Below, piece by piece: positions 29,335 through 38,901 of a stretch of 64,000 nt of DNA. Each line of letters begins with the position of its first letter. Position 1 is the stretch's first letter. Below the pieces are notes generated by a model, which was not told the DNA's origin, made no database searches, and saw only the letters and a program-made list of their open reading frames with translations. The DNA lies in contig OZ242029.1 in assembly GCA_965205015.1 (NCBI GenBank), positions 4,928,001 to 4,992,000 on the forward strand. Direction: 5' to 3'. The position numbers and the translations under genes are program-made. This DNA is from Candidatus Poribacteria bacterium (GTDB lineage Bacteria > Poribacteria > WGA-4E > WGA-3G).

Positions 29335-32322
29335 ATGGAAAGAGAAAACGATGTTCAATTGATTCGTAGAATCTTGTCCGGTGACGACGCGGCATTTAAT
29401 ACCTTAGTCCGAAAGCACCAAAAGGGTATTCACGCGCTTGCATGGCGAAAAGTTGGCGATTTTCACATCGCCGAAGAGATTGTACAAGACACGTTCCTCC
29501 AGGTATACAAGCACCTCGCGCAACTCAAGAATCCGAATCAGTTTTCCGGATGGATGTATGTCATCGCCAGTCGACTTTGCCTGAAATGGCTTCAAAAGCA
29601 GAAGAAAAAATCTGCGATGCAATCGTTGGAGGACACACCTGTGGAAGAAATCGAAGAATCCTCTTACACACATTATGTATCGGAACAACGGCTAACAGAG
29701 AGCACCGAGCGTCGTCAGGAACTCGTCAAAAAACTTCTGGCACAGCTACCCGAGAGTGAGCGCACAGTCGTAACACTTCACTTCCTCGGAGAGATGACGG
29801 CAAAGGAAATTGGAAAACTCTTAGGTGTGTCGGTGAATACGATTAAGAGTCGCCTTCGCCGGGGACGGAAACGTTTACAGGAACAACGAGAGGAACTCCT
29901 GGTGAGCGAAACACTCGGGAGCATCCCATTCCCTGCCCACGTGACCGAGCGTATCATGGAACAGGTGGCTAACATGCAGCCGACACCGGCTCCGGTTGGA
30001 AAGCCATTGGTCCCGTGGATGGCTTTCGGGACGGCTGTGGCTTTCGTTATTTTCATGCTCGGCATGAGTAATCAGTATCTTGCCAGATTTCAGAAACCGT
30101 ACAGTTTTGAGGCGGAATCCGAACCCACGATTGAAATTGTCGATGCTCCTATTGTCCTTGATATCGTATCAAAGCCATCTATACGCAACCAGTTTGGACA
30201 GGCTACCACTCCGGGTAAACGCAGCAGTGCTGGTATCCAGGTTTCTGAAGCAGTTTTGAGATCCAGTGCGTTGGAGGATTCTCTTGTGTTTGGGACTTCC
30301 TCGCAATGGACACAGGGAAATGCCCCGTCAGGGGGGCGTATACAGGATATGTTCGCGACCTCTGACGGAACTGTCTATGCTGTTGCACCCACAGGAATAT
30401 ACAGATCAGAGACAGACGCAACTGCATGGACGCGGGTCAACGCAAGCGTTCCTATTGGCAACGCTCGAATGCCGATGGCAGCGCATAATGGAAACCTTTA
30501 TATCGCCTCTGTGGATGAAATACTTACTTCAGTTGATCGTGGTGAGACATGGCATACGCTGGGTCCCCGACCAAAGGGACCCACAGTTGGACTCATCATT
30601 ACAGACGCCCCCCAAGATGCCGATTCACAAGTAGATATCACGATGTATCTGGCACTTAGAGATGAAGGGGTTTTCCGATCCACAAATGGGGGAATACAAT
30701 GGCATCCGTTTAACGATGGATTGACGGGCGAAATAATATCCACAATGGCTGCTGTTGGAGAGACGATATTTATCGGGACAGGGCGCGGTCTCTATCGTCT
30801 CGATTCAGGTATGTGGAAAAAGTTGCCCGTGGAAACATCAAGAGCCGTCTATTCCTTGACAGTATCCGAGAATAATCTCTATGTTGGAACCGGTCCCGAT
30901 CTGTTGGGATTCACGCCAATAAAAACAGGACAAGTGGTGCCAAAAGCCGAGTCGCATGTACTTAAGCTTTTCCATTCGGCTGACCTGGGAGCGTCGTGGA
31001 CTGACATAACACCGAGTTATAAATCTGATAATCACGGGATACCCTCTGGCATAACAGTTTTGGCTGCCGGTGAAACGCTTTTCGCGTCAAGTGTCAAGCA
31101 CGAATACCGTTCAACAGATGGTGGACACACCTGGACAGAACTGTCAGGAGACACGAATATGGTCATGATCAATAGTCTTCCAGCTGTGGCGGCGAACGAG
31201 AGGACATTTTACAAAACGGGTCCATACGGCATTTTTCGGACCACGGATGGCGGTAAGTCATGGGGTCTATTTGTAGATGGGATGGCAGGTACACGCCTAA
31301 AGGATATGGTTGTCCTCAACGACAGATTCTACGCGCATACAGGTTATGAGGTTTATCAATCAACCGACGAAGGAGTGTCTTGGAAAAAACTTGTGATTGA
31401 CGGGAGCTTTTCGGCGGAGTCTACTGCGTTTGAATGGTCAGAAAAAGATAAGAACAAGGCGCGCGTCCATATCTTTTTTTATTCAAAACTGATAGTGGAT
31501 GGCAACCGTCTTTATTTTCTTACACGTGAAGATAGCAAATTGAAAATTTTCCGCTTATCTACAGATGGCAATACACTCAGTCCGGTTCAAGGCATACCTG
31601 ACTTCAATGATAAAGAATTAGCCCCCGAATTGTGGATAAGTGGCAAGATGATAAAGCCAACGAACGCACCCGATAGCTCCAAAAAAGACAATGCGTCACT
31701 CACCACACGTTTTGTTCCTGGAGGTGTGGCAGTCAAAACGGTTGCAGTCAGTAATGATGTGTTCTACGTGGAATACAAAGGCAGTCTTTTCAAATGGAGA
31801 CTTGGAGATCCAGAGTGGATAAATACGGGATTGATAGATACGGATCACATGTCCGATGGTGATTCCAGAAAGGGACTTCAGATAGCGGTTTCGGGAGAAA
31901 CTGTCTATGTAGGTAAGCGAGATGGTAAGTTGTTTCAGTCCCTTGATGGCGGGAACAGTTGGAGAGAAATCACACCAAACCTGCCGCTTGGCTTTACCTG
32001 CTTCAATGAGATAGCCTTTGCAGCAACGACCGTCTATGTGTCAACAGATGCTGGCGTCTTGAGTTCACAAACCGGCGAACACTGGCGCGTGCTCACCAAT
32101 AGCGTGAGAGCACACACTATTATAGATAGATTTGCAGTAGAAGGCACGAAAGTTTATGGTATCGGCGATGCAGGCATCTATCATTTGGACGCTCGTCGTC
32201 AATGGAAACGGGTTGCTTCAGATGTGCCAGATGAAATCAATGCGCTCGCTATTGCTAACAATAAGCTCTATAGTGCTACCGAAGATCGGGGGATATTGCA
32301 CATCTCACTTGACGAAGAATAG
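29335..32322 (+). CDS. ECF sigma factor fused to a TM helix and an Asp-box beta-propeller (copy 3)
   Basis: sigma2 'AEEIVQDTFLQVY', sigma4 'IGKLLGVSVNTIKSRLRRGRKRL', TM 'LVPWMAFGTAVAFVIFMLGM', Asp-boxes; RBS GGAGG. Confidence 0.9.
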   Translation: MERENDVQLIRRILSGDDAAFNTLVRKHQKGIHALAWRKVGDFHIAEEIVQDTFLQVYKHLAQLKNPNQFSGWMYVIASRLCLKWLQKQKKKSAMQSLEDTPVEEIEESSYTHYVSEQRLTESTERRQELVKKLLAQLPESERTVVTLHFLGEMTAKEIGKLLGVSVNTIKSRLRRGRKRLQEQREELLVSETLGSIPFPAHVTERIMEQVANMQPTPAPVGKPLVPWMAFGTAVAFVIFMLGMSNQYLARFQKPYSFEAESEPTIEIVDAPIVLDIVSKPSIRNQFGQATTPGKRSSAGIQVSEAVLRSSALEDSLVFGTSSQWTQGNAPSGGRIQDMFATSDGTVYAVAPTGIYRSETDATAWTRVNASVPIGNARMPMAAHNGNLYIASVDEILTSVDRGETWHTLGPRPKGPTVGLIITDAPQDADSQVDITMYLALRDEGVFRSTNGGIQWHPFNDGLTGEIISTMAAVGETIFIGTGRGLYRLDSGMWKKLPVETSRAVYSLTVSENNLYVGTGPDLLGFTPIKTGQVVPKAESHVLKLFHSADLGASWTDITPSYKSDNHGIPSGITVLAAGETLFASSVKHEYRSTDGGHTWTELSGDTNMVMINSLPAVAANERTFYKTGPYGIFRTTDGGKSWGLFVDGMAGTRLKDMVVLNDRFYAHTGYEVYQSTDEGVSWKKLVIDGSFSAESTAFEWSEKDKNKARVHIFFYSKLIVDGNRLYFLTREDSKLKIFRLSTDGNTLSPVQGIPDFNDKELAPELWISGKMIKPTNAPDSSKKDNASLTTRFVPGGVAVKTVAVSNDVFYVEYKGSLFKWRLGDPEWINTGLIDTDHMSDGDSRKGLQIAVSGETVYVGKRDGKLFQSLDGGNSWREITPNLPLGFTCFNEIAFAATTVYVSTDAGVLSSQTGEHWRVLTNSVRAHTIIDRFAVEGTKVYGIGDAGIYHLDARRQWKRVASDVPDEINALAIANNKLYSATEDRGILHISLDEE

Positions 32323-32379
32323 TAGTGTTCCGAAGGAACAATAGCTTTTCACAAGTATATTTAGAATCAGTTATGTCCT

Positions 32380-32615
32380 TTGCTTGATAAGAAACAAGTC
32401 GTGATTATGGATAATGCGTCCTTCCACAAGGGATCAAAGACGGCGCGGTTGGTTGCGGAAGCAGGTGCGAGTTTGTTATTTTTAGCACCGTATTTTCCGG
32501 AGTTGAACCCGATTGAGAAAGACTTCGCTAACATTCATCGACAGTATCAATACAACCCCGGAACATCTATTGAGCAAATCATAAAAGTGTATAACTAATC
32601 ATCGGCTTTACTATA
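32380..32615 (+). pseudogene. IS630-family transposase remnant (C-terminal part and right end)
   Basis: 'VVIMDNASFHK', 'LLFLAPYFPELNPIEK'. N-terminal part missing; followed by TTTACTATA. Confidence 0.85.
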
Positions 32616-32634
32616 ATACGGCTAAAGGAGTAAC

Positions 32635-33333
32635 ATGATGAAATCTTTGCTGATTGGATTGGGCATTTTTCTCTTTACTTTCTCTGGTTGGACAGGAACA
32701 TTTGTGGAGACCTTCGATGACAACGGAGATATTGAAAAGTGGCAAGAATTGATTATTCCTGGTGCAGAGCCGGGTTCTTGGAAGATTATTGATGGCGAAC
32801 TTCATGCAACAAGTCCTGAGGGTTTCACTCGTTTCCTTGTGACCGGGGATGAAAGGTGGCAAGATTACGTCATTGAAGTTGATGTTAAGCCGCTCGAAAA
32901 ACACGGGCTTGGAAATATCGCGATTGCCGCGCGGGTTAAGGGAACTTGGGCGGTAGGCGGTGCAATTGGCGATCTACCTTTCCCTGTACCTGTACCAATC
33001 GCGACTTGTTTTGTCGGAGATTTTGAGCGTAAGAAATTTAATATCCTCGGCTTTGGAGCCAGTCCATTATTAGAATTAGAGCAGTGGTCTACTCTGAAGT
33101 TGAGGGTTGATGGAAATACCTTTACCTTCTGGCTAAATAATGAGCAAATTCTGGAAACCGTAAATGAGGAAGCTGACTTACTCACAGGGGGAGTAGGTTT
33201 AGGTCTGGCTAATTATACAGCGCGCTTTGATAATATGGTAATTACTGGCAACGGTATCCCAAACAAGGGTAAATTATCAGTAGCACCTCAGGCGAAACTC
33301 GCTACGACGTGGGGACAGTTGAAGCGGTTTTAG
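32635..33333 (+). CDS. Secreted ConA-like / DUF1080-like protein, paralog of 28580
   Basis: Shares 'GTFVETF', 'DVKPL.KHG.GNIAIAAR', 'IGDLPFP'; ends 'LSVAPQAKLATTWGQLKRF'. Confidence 0.8.
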   Translation: MMKSLLIGLGIFLFTFSGWTGTFVETFDDNGDIEKWQELIIPGAEPGSWKIIDGELHATSPEGFTRFLVTGDERWQDYVIEVDVKPLEKHGLGNIAIAARVKGTWAVGGAIGDLPFPVPVPIATCFVGDFERKKFNILGFGASPLLELEQWSTLKLRVDGNTFTFWLNNEQILETVNEEADLLTGGVGLGLANYTARFDNMVITGNGIPNKGKLSVAPQAKLATTWGQLKRF

Positions 33334-33875
33334 AGAAACAGAATGACGGATAGCCCTGCTAAAATCTCCAACCCAGACACATCATCTCCACAAATTCAGG
33401 GACGATAGCAGATTGTATATCGCTGAAATTTTGTGTGTTAGGTTTTTATTAGGTATTGTAGCAGGATACTTCTGGTGATTGGGAGTCCATAGATAATTGC
33501 AGGGAACGTATAGACGGCGACCAGCGTGAATTTTATGACATCGGATGGGAACTTGAAAACGGAGAACTTGAAAGTGAGTGGAGGTACGGTGTTATGGCAG
33601 AAAGAGTGATTGTTGTCACTCGAATTGGACGGATAGGTGGCTTATGGATATTTCCTGCTCTCGGCCTGATCTTGGGTTTTTCACAAGAGATCCCCAATCT
33701 TCGGGGATTGCCTCAAGAAACGGAGGAATTACTTTGACATCCCGAACGCAAAAATAGCAGTGGGCACTCGCAGTCCTCTTACTCTATCGTACAATTCATT
33801 TTTCCAATTTTAAGTGATTTTTTTTAAAACCTGCGGATTAAACCCCGTAGGTTTTATTTTTATTGGAGCGAAAAA

Positions 33876-35717
33876 ATGGATAGCAACAACACACATTCCC
33901 CTAACACAGCATCAGAAACTCGTCCGTCCGCGCTAAAGACGTTGCGCCGTTTTTTCTTTGTGTCGTGGCGAGTGAGTCCATTCGGAGCCATCGCGCAGGC
34001 ACTTTTGACACTCATCCACGGACTTATCCCTATTGGTATCCTCTGGGCAAGCCGGGGGCTGGTGAACCTCATCACAGCCATCCTTGCGCAGGAGGCAGAA
34101 CCCAGCTTAGAGACCGCAGCACCTTGGGTGATTGCACTCGTCCTTTTGGCGACGCTCAGAAATATCAGTGGCACTTATGACGGCTACCTGCGATGGAAGA
34201 TGCAGAACCGTATTAAAGTCCATCAACAGCACGCCTTGATTGAAGCTGCGACACATATCGACTTCGCCCTGTTCGATCAGCCGCAAACCTACGATCTGAT
34301 ACAACGGGCGCGACAGGCACTGGACCATCGACTCACCAATTTTCTGCGGTTTCTCACGGAGATCGGACAACTCTGCGTAACACTCGTGGGATACGGTGTT
34401 CTCCTCTGGATCGCGGATCCGCTGCTCGTGCTTGTGGTGGTGTTGCCCGCAATCCCTTCGGCTTGGTTCAAAGTTAAAACAGCCGAGAAGCGATACATCT
34501 ACGATTACCATACAACCCCCGTCCGTCGTATGATGGATTACATGATCGGTCTACTCCTCGGTTCATCATCTGCACAGGAGGTCCGACTCTATGGACTCTT
34601 TGATCGCTTTTTTGGACGCTGGCGTACAAACCATCGTCAATGGCGGAAAGAATCCGTTTCAATGATTTGGACGGAAATAAGAGCCTCTATCGGCATAACG
34701 ATCGCCGAAATCGTTGCTTATGCGATAGCAATCGGTATACTTGCGGCGCGCATTGTAGACGGTGATCTCACACTCGGAGATTACGTTGTGCTTACCGGTG
34801 CAGCGGCAACCTTTCAAGGAAATATGGAGGGCTTGCTGGGAAGCATACAAAGCATATTTGTAGACCTACCCCTGCTTCGCGACTTGCATTTCTTCTTGGC
34901 GCGCGCGGAAAAGACGCGCACACAGGCAGGCACTGAAACATTTCCGAAGCCCTTACAACAAGGCGTGGAGGTTCGTAATTTACGCTTCCGATACCCACAG
35001 GCAACCGACGATGTACTACAGGACATAAACTTTCACGTGCGTCCCGGGGAAGTCGTGAGCATCGTGGGTGTCAATGGTGCGGGAAAATCGACACTCATCA
35101 AATTGCTGCTCGGTCTCTACCAACCCGATGACGGAACAATCCGCTATGATGGCGTAGATGCGGCATCAATTGCGCCAGAACAGATTTCCCTTAACTGTGC
35201 CGCTGTTTTCCAAGATTTCACGCGGTTCCGTCGACCCGTGCGGGAGGAACTCGTGCCGGGACCGCCGGGTCTCCAGATTGACGACGATACGCTCTGGCGC
35301 GTCATCAACGCCGTTGGCATTGAGGACCGTTTTCAAACGCTTCCACACGGCTTAGATACATATCTTGACCCTTCCCTCGGCGAAGAGGGAGAGGGTGCCG
35401 AGTTATCCGGCGGAGAATGGCAAAAAGTTGCGCTTGCGCGGGCTTTGGCACGAAACCCGCAAGTCCTCGTCCTCGATGAACCGACCGCTGCCTTGGATCC
35501 GCAAGCCGAAGTTGAACTCTACCAACGTTTTGTCGAACTCGCAGCAGGTAGAATGACGTTCCTGATTTCACACCGAATCGGATCCGCCCGTCTTGCCGAT
35601 CGTATCTTGGTATTGGATGCAGGTCGTATTGTTGAAGACGGCACACATGAGACGTTGCTTGCCAAGGATGGACGCTACGCCCAATTCTTTAGAGCACAGG
35701 CGCACTGGTATCAGTAG
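33876..35717 (+). CDS. ABC exporter, fused permease + ATPase
   Basis: TM helices, Walker A 'GVNGAGKST', signature 'LSGGEWQK', Walker B 'LVLDEPT'. Confidence 0.92.
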   Translation: MDSNNTHSPNTASETRPSALKTLRRFFFVSWRVSPFGAIAQALLTLIHGLIPIGILWASRGLVNLITAILAQEAEPSLETAAPWVIALVLLATLRNISGTYDGYLRWKMQNRIKVHQQHALIEAATHIDFALFDQPQTYDLIQRARQALDHRLTNFLRFLTEIGQLCVTLVGYGVLLWIADPLLVLVVVLPAIPSAWFKVKTAEKRYIYDYHTTPVRRMMDYMIGLLLGSSSAQEVRLYGLFDRFFGRWRTNHRQWRKESVSMIWTEIRASIGITIAEIVAYAIAIGILAARIVDGDLTLGDYVVLTGAAATFQGNMEGLLGSIQSIFVDLPLLRDLHFFLARAEKTRTQAGTETFPKPLQQGVEVRNLRFRYPQATDDVLQDINFHVRPGEVVSIVGVNGAGKSTLIKLLLGLYQPDDGTIRYDGVDAASIAPEQISLNCAAVFQDFTRFRRPVREELVPGPPGLQIDDDTLWRVINAVGIEDRFQTLPHGLDTYLDPSLGEEGEGAELSGGEWQKVALARALARNPQVLVLDEPTAALDPQAEVELYQRFVELAAGRMTFLISHRIGSARLADRILVLDAGRIVEDGTHETLLAKDGRYAQFFRAQAHWYQ

Positions 35718-35777
35718 AAATTGCTCACAAGAATGGGACCCGTCTGTTCTGATCAAACCGTAAGGAAGAATTAAAAA

Positions 35778-37625
35778 ATGCGAAACGTTAAAGAAACATT
35801 GAAGACATGGGGATCCGTCGTTAAGGAAAGCGTCGTCGCCTATATCCGAACCTTTTCGATCACTTGGCAGAACGGTTCATTCGCACTCTTGGGTGTGTTG
35901 CTCCTCACGCTGTTGCTCGGTATTGTGCCTGCTGCTCAGTTTTTTGTGACGGAACGTTTAGTCAACGCAATCACTGCCGCTATAGGTGATGCCGACTGGT
36001 GGAAACAGGTCGTTCCGTGGTTGATAGGTTTGATCGGTTTGCAAATTCTTAGCATTTTTGTCGATCATTTACGGGAACCGCTGCGTCTTCACGTCGGCGC
36101 CAACATTGAGACATGGATGAATGAAAATATCGTACGGACATCCAATACAATAGAGCTGACTGAATTCCAGACCCCAGAATTTCAAAACGCGCTGGCGCGA
36201 GCACGTGCAATGTCGGGTATAGAACTCGATGAGATTGTCTGGTGGATTTTTGACAGCCTCCAACAATTAGTCAGTGCCGTTACCCTCGGTATCGTCCTCT
36301 GGCGTTATCATCCGTTGCTGGCACTGCTCCCTATGATCACAGGCTTCGCTTCTTGGTGGAGCGGTTCACGTTTTGCTGCCAGTGCTTACAATCTTGATGT
36401 AGAACAGACACCGCAACGACGGGAACGAGATGCATTAGAAGGAATTCTGACGGATCGCGGTGCCGGCAAAGAAATTCGGTTATACCAAGCACAGGACCTA
36501 TGGATAACGCGCTGGCGAAATTTATGGACGGCGTTAATAGATGAACAACAGGTAATTGAACGCCGCAAATTCTTCGCACACCTTGCGATCGACATCGCAC
36601 GCGGGTTGTTATACGCGTGTTCGCTCATCCTCTTACTGCTGGAAGTCTTTCGTGGTGGATTGACTGTCGGCACCTATATTGCCGCTGCTGCCGCCCTCGT
36701 TCAATTGGATGGTATTTGGAACGAGATTACCGGTTATTTTCAGTGGATAGGAAATGAGATGCGTCGTTTGTCGGGAGACCTGTACCCATTTTTAGATCGC
36801 GGCTTAGACACAATCAAAGCAAAGATAGGCGGCGAACACCCTTCAGAATCTCACACGAATCCATTCCAGACCCCTGAAGAACCCCCATATCTTCGGATAG
36901 AAAATGTTTCGTTCCTTTATCCACATACGCAAGTCCCTGTGTTAAATCACATAAACGTGACTTTGAAAAAAGGGGAGCGAGTCGCATTGGTAGGACCCAA
37001 CGGGGCAGGGAAAACGACCCTGGCACGCGTGCTGTTGGGACTCTATCGTCCACAGACAGGCACAATTCACGTAGGGGATGTCCCATTAGACGAAGAGAAT
37101 CGTCAAGCGTGGTTGACGCATTGCAGTGCTGTTTTTCAGGACTTCACCAGCTACCACCTCACCGCCCGGGAAAACATTATCTTTGGAGATTTAGAACATC
37201 CCGAACGTATGGAAGAGGCATCAATTGCGGGTGGCGCAGCTTCGGTTGTTGAAGGACTCACAGAAAGTTATGAGACAATGCTCGGTCCCACTTTTGGCGG
37301 GCGCGACCTCTCCGGCGGTGAATGGCAGCGTCTCGCAACAGCCCGGAGTTTCATGCGGGAAACCCCATGGCTTGTTGTCCTCGATGAACCGACTGCTGCG
37401 CTCGATCCACTCGCTGAACAGGCGATCTATGAACGATTTATCGAACGGAGTGCAGAACGCACATCGGTGTTAATTTCGCACCGTCTCTCCTCTGTACGCA
37501 CCTGCGATCGGATTCTTGTCATCGATAACGGGACAATTGTTGAGGATGGGGACCATGAGACGCTGTTGGCAAGGGGCGGACTTTATGCCCAGTTTTTCAG
37601 AGCACAAGCGCAATGGTATCTTTAA
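35778..37625 (+). CDS. ABC exporter, fused permease + ATPase (likely heterodimer partner)
   Basis: 'GPNGAGKTT', 'LSGGEWQR', 'VVLDEPTAALDP'. Confidence 0.92.
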   Translation: MRNVKETLKTWGSVVKESVVAYIRTFSITWQNGSFALLGVLLLTLLLGIVPAAQFFVTERLVNAITAAIGDADWWKQVVPWLIGLIGLQILSIFVDHLREPLRLHVGANIETWMNENIVRTSNTIELTEFQTPEFQNALARARAMSGIELDEIVWWIFDSLQQLVSAVTLGIVLWRYHPLLALLPMITGFASWWSGSRFAASAYNLDVEQTPQRRERDALEGILTDRGAGKEIRLYQAQDLWITRWRNLWTALIDEQQVIERRKFFAHLAIDIARGLLYACSLILLLLEVFRGGLTVGTYIAAAAALVQLDGIWNEITGYFQWIGNEMRRLSGDLYPFLDRGLDTIKAKIGGEHPSESHTNPFQTPEEPPYLRIENVSFLYPHTQVPVLNHINVTLKKGERVALVGPNGAGKTTLARVLLGLYRPQTGTIHVGDVPLDEENRQAWLTHCSAVFQDFTSYHLTARENIIFGDLEHPERMEEASIAGGAASVVEGLTESYETMLGPTFGGRDLSGGEWQRLATARSFMRETPWLVVLDEPTAALDPLAEQAIYERFIERSAERTSVLISHRLSSVRTCDRILVIDNGTIVEDGDHETLLARGGLYAQFFRAQAQWYL

Positions 37626-37692
37626 TTTTACCTTGCGGATCAGGAAAGTGAGTTAGGATTTTAACGTTTTTCGTGTTCGAGTCGAAGAAACA

Positions 37693-38574
37693 CTACTCCG
37701 ATTTAAGGTTCTCCGCTAAGATTTCAATCAGTTCCGCTAAGGTTGGAAATTCGTCACGTGCTTCAGGTGGAAGATCCGCGAGGTGTGTGTCTCCGATGAA
37801 ACGATACATGTCCGCCGCGCCTGTTAAGATGTTCGGTGTCAATCCGACATGCGCAAAGGTTGCCGAAATCTCTTCCATCTCACCGATCCAGCGTCTCGCT
37901 TTCGGTGGCATGCTCGGCAGCCCTTTTTCCATCCGCTCAAAAAGTGCCGATTGACTCAACTGAAACTCCGCAGTGAGTGCCTCCGAAACCCCTAACACGG
38001 ACGCCGCTGTGAGCAATTCGGTGCAGAGCGCGGTTATCCCCTTTGTCAAAGAGGCATAGCACATTTTAATCGCAGAGGCGAGTCCTACCTCCGCACCGAG
38101 AGCCCGCACATCTAACCCATGATTGTTGAGTTCTGAAAACAGGTCAAGGTCGGGTCCGGATGCGTAGAAACGGGTCGCGCCTGGCGTCCGAGGGGGTGGA
38201 CCGATAATGGACGCATCAACGAACGTTCCACCTGCTGAGGTGATGACCTCTCCCAATTTACGCACTGTTTGTGGCGCGATGGCGTTGCAATCGGTGTATG
38301 TTAATGTCGTGTCCACCTGCTGCAGTGTTTCTGCGACGATAGACGCAGCGGATATCGCCTGTGCAGGCACCATGATTGAGAGGATAAGATCGGCTTCGGT
38401 GACGAACTGTGGATAGGTCAGCACGTCCACAATGCCTGCCTTCTCAGCAAGCTGCCGGGTGCGTTGACTCCTTCCCTCCAGACAGGTGATGACACGTAAA
38501 CCATTTTGACGAAGCACATCTCCGACGGTGTGCCCCATATCACCGGGGCTTAAAATTCCAACAGTGCTGAGCAT
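37693..38574 (-). CDS. NAD(P)-dependent oxidoreductase, 6-phosphogluconate dehydrogenase-like (DUF1932 type)
   Basis: 'VGILSPGDMG', 'FVDASIIGPPP', 'ASAIKMCYA', 'RWIGEMEEI'. Confidence 0.85.
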   Translation of the reverse strand: MLSTVGILSPGDMGHTVGDVLRQNGLRVITCLEGRSQRTRQLAEKAGIVDVLTYPQFVTEADLILSIMVPAQAISAASIVAETLQQVDTTLTYTDCNAIAPQTVRKLGEVITSAGGTFVDASIIGPPPRTPGATRFYASGPDLDLFSELNNHGLDVRALGAEVGLASAIKMCYASLTKGITALCTELLTAASVLGVSEALTAEFQLSQSALFERMEKGLPSMPPKARRWIGEMEEISATFAHVGLTPNILTGAADMYRFIGDTHLADLPPEARDEFPTLAELIEILAENLKSE

Positions 38575-38624
38575 AGATGACCTCTCCTCTCTTTTTCAAC
38601 ATAACTTACACAATATCTATCTTC

Positions 38625-38896
38625 AGGACTTACGCAAAATCAGCGGATTCGGTTTATATGACGCAATCGGTGCGGTTAGATGAAGATTAATTTTTTAATT
38701 CGGTAATATGCGGGCAGGCACAAGACCTGCCCCTACAAGGTCTTTTTTGGGATAGGTCGGTAATATGCGGACAGGCACAAGACCTGGGGAAACACCCAAG
38801 CAAAAACCCCCTACAATGTCTTTTTTGGGATAGGATTACCGAAATATTTATTTAAACTCCATGAAACCGCACCTACCGCGGAAGTGCGTCAGTCCT
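38625..38896. mobile_element. Nested MITE/REP composite
   Basis: Outer IR AGGACTTACGCA/TGCGTCAGTCCT; inner IRs GGTGCGGTT/AACCGCACC and TTCGGTAAT/ATTACCGAA; two direct REP-containing repeats inside. Confidence 0.65.
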
Positions 38897-38901
38897 ATAT
38901 C

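Noticed and set aside
12216-32322. Diversity-generating retroelement acting on the ECF paralogs
   Set aside because: No reverse transcriptase in the window and no adenine-specific template/variable repeat pair seen.
33462-33738. Stop-free frame of about 90 codons between the island and the ABC genes
   Set aside because: No suitable start or RBS and no recognisable homology; at most a gene relic.
33876-37625. ABC exporter pair as part of the ECF island or a RiPP cluster
   Set aside because: No ECF-like motif upstream, and no precursor peptide or modifying enzyme is visible; such tandem pairs are common.
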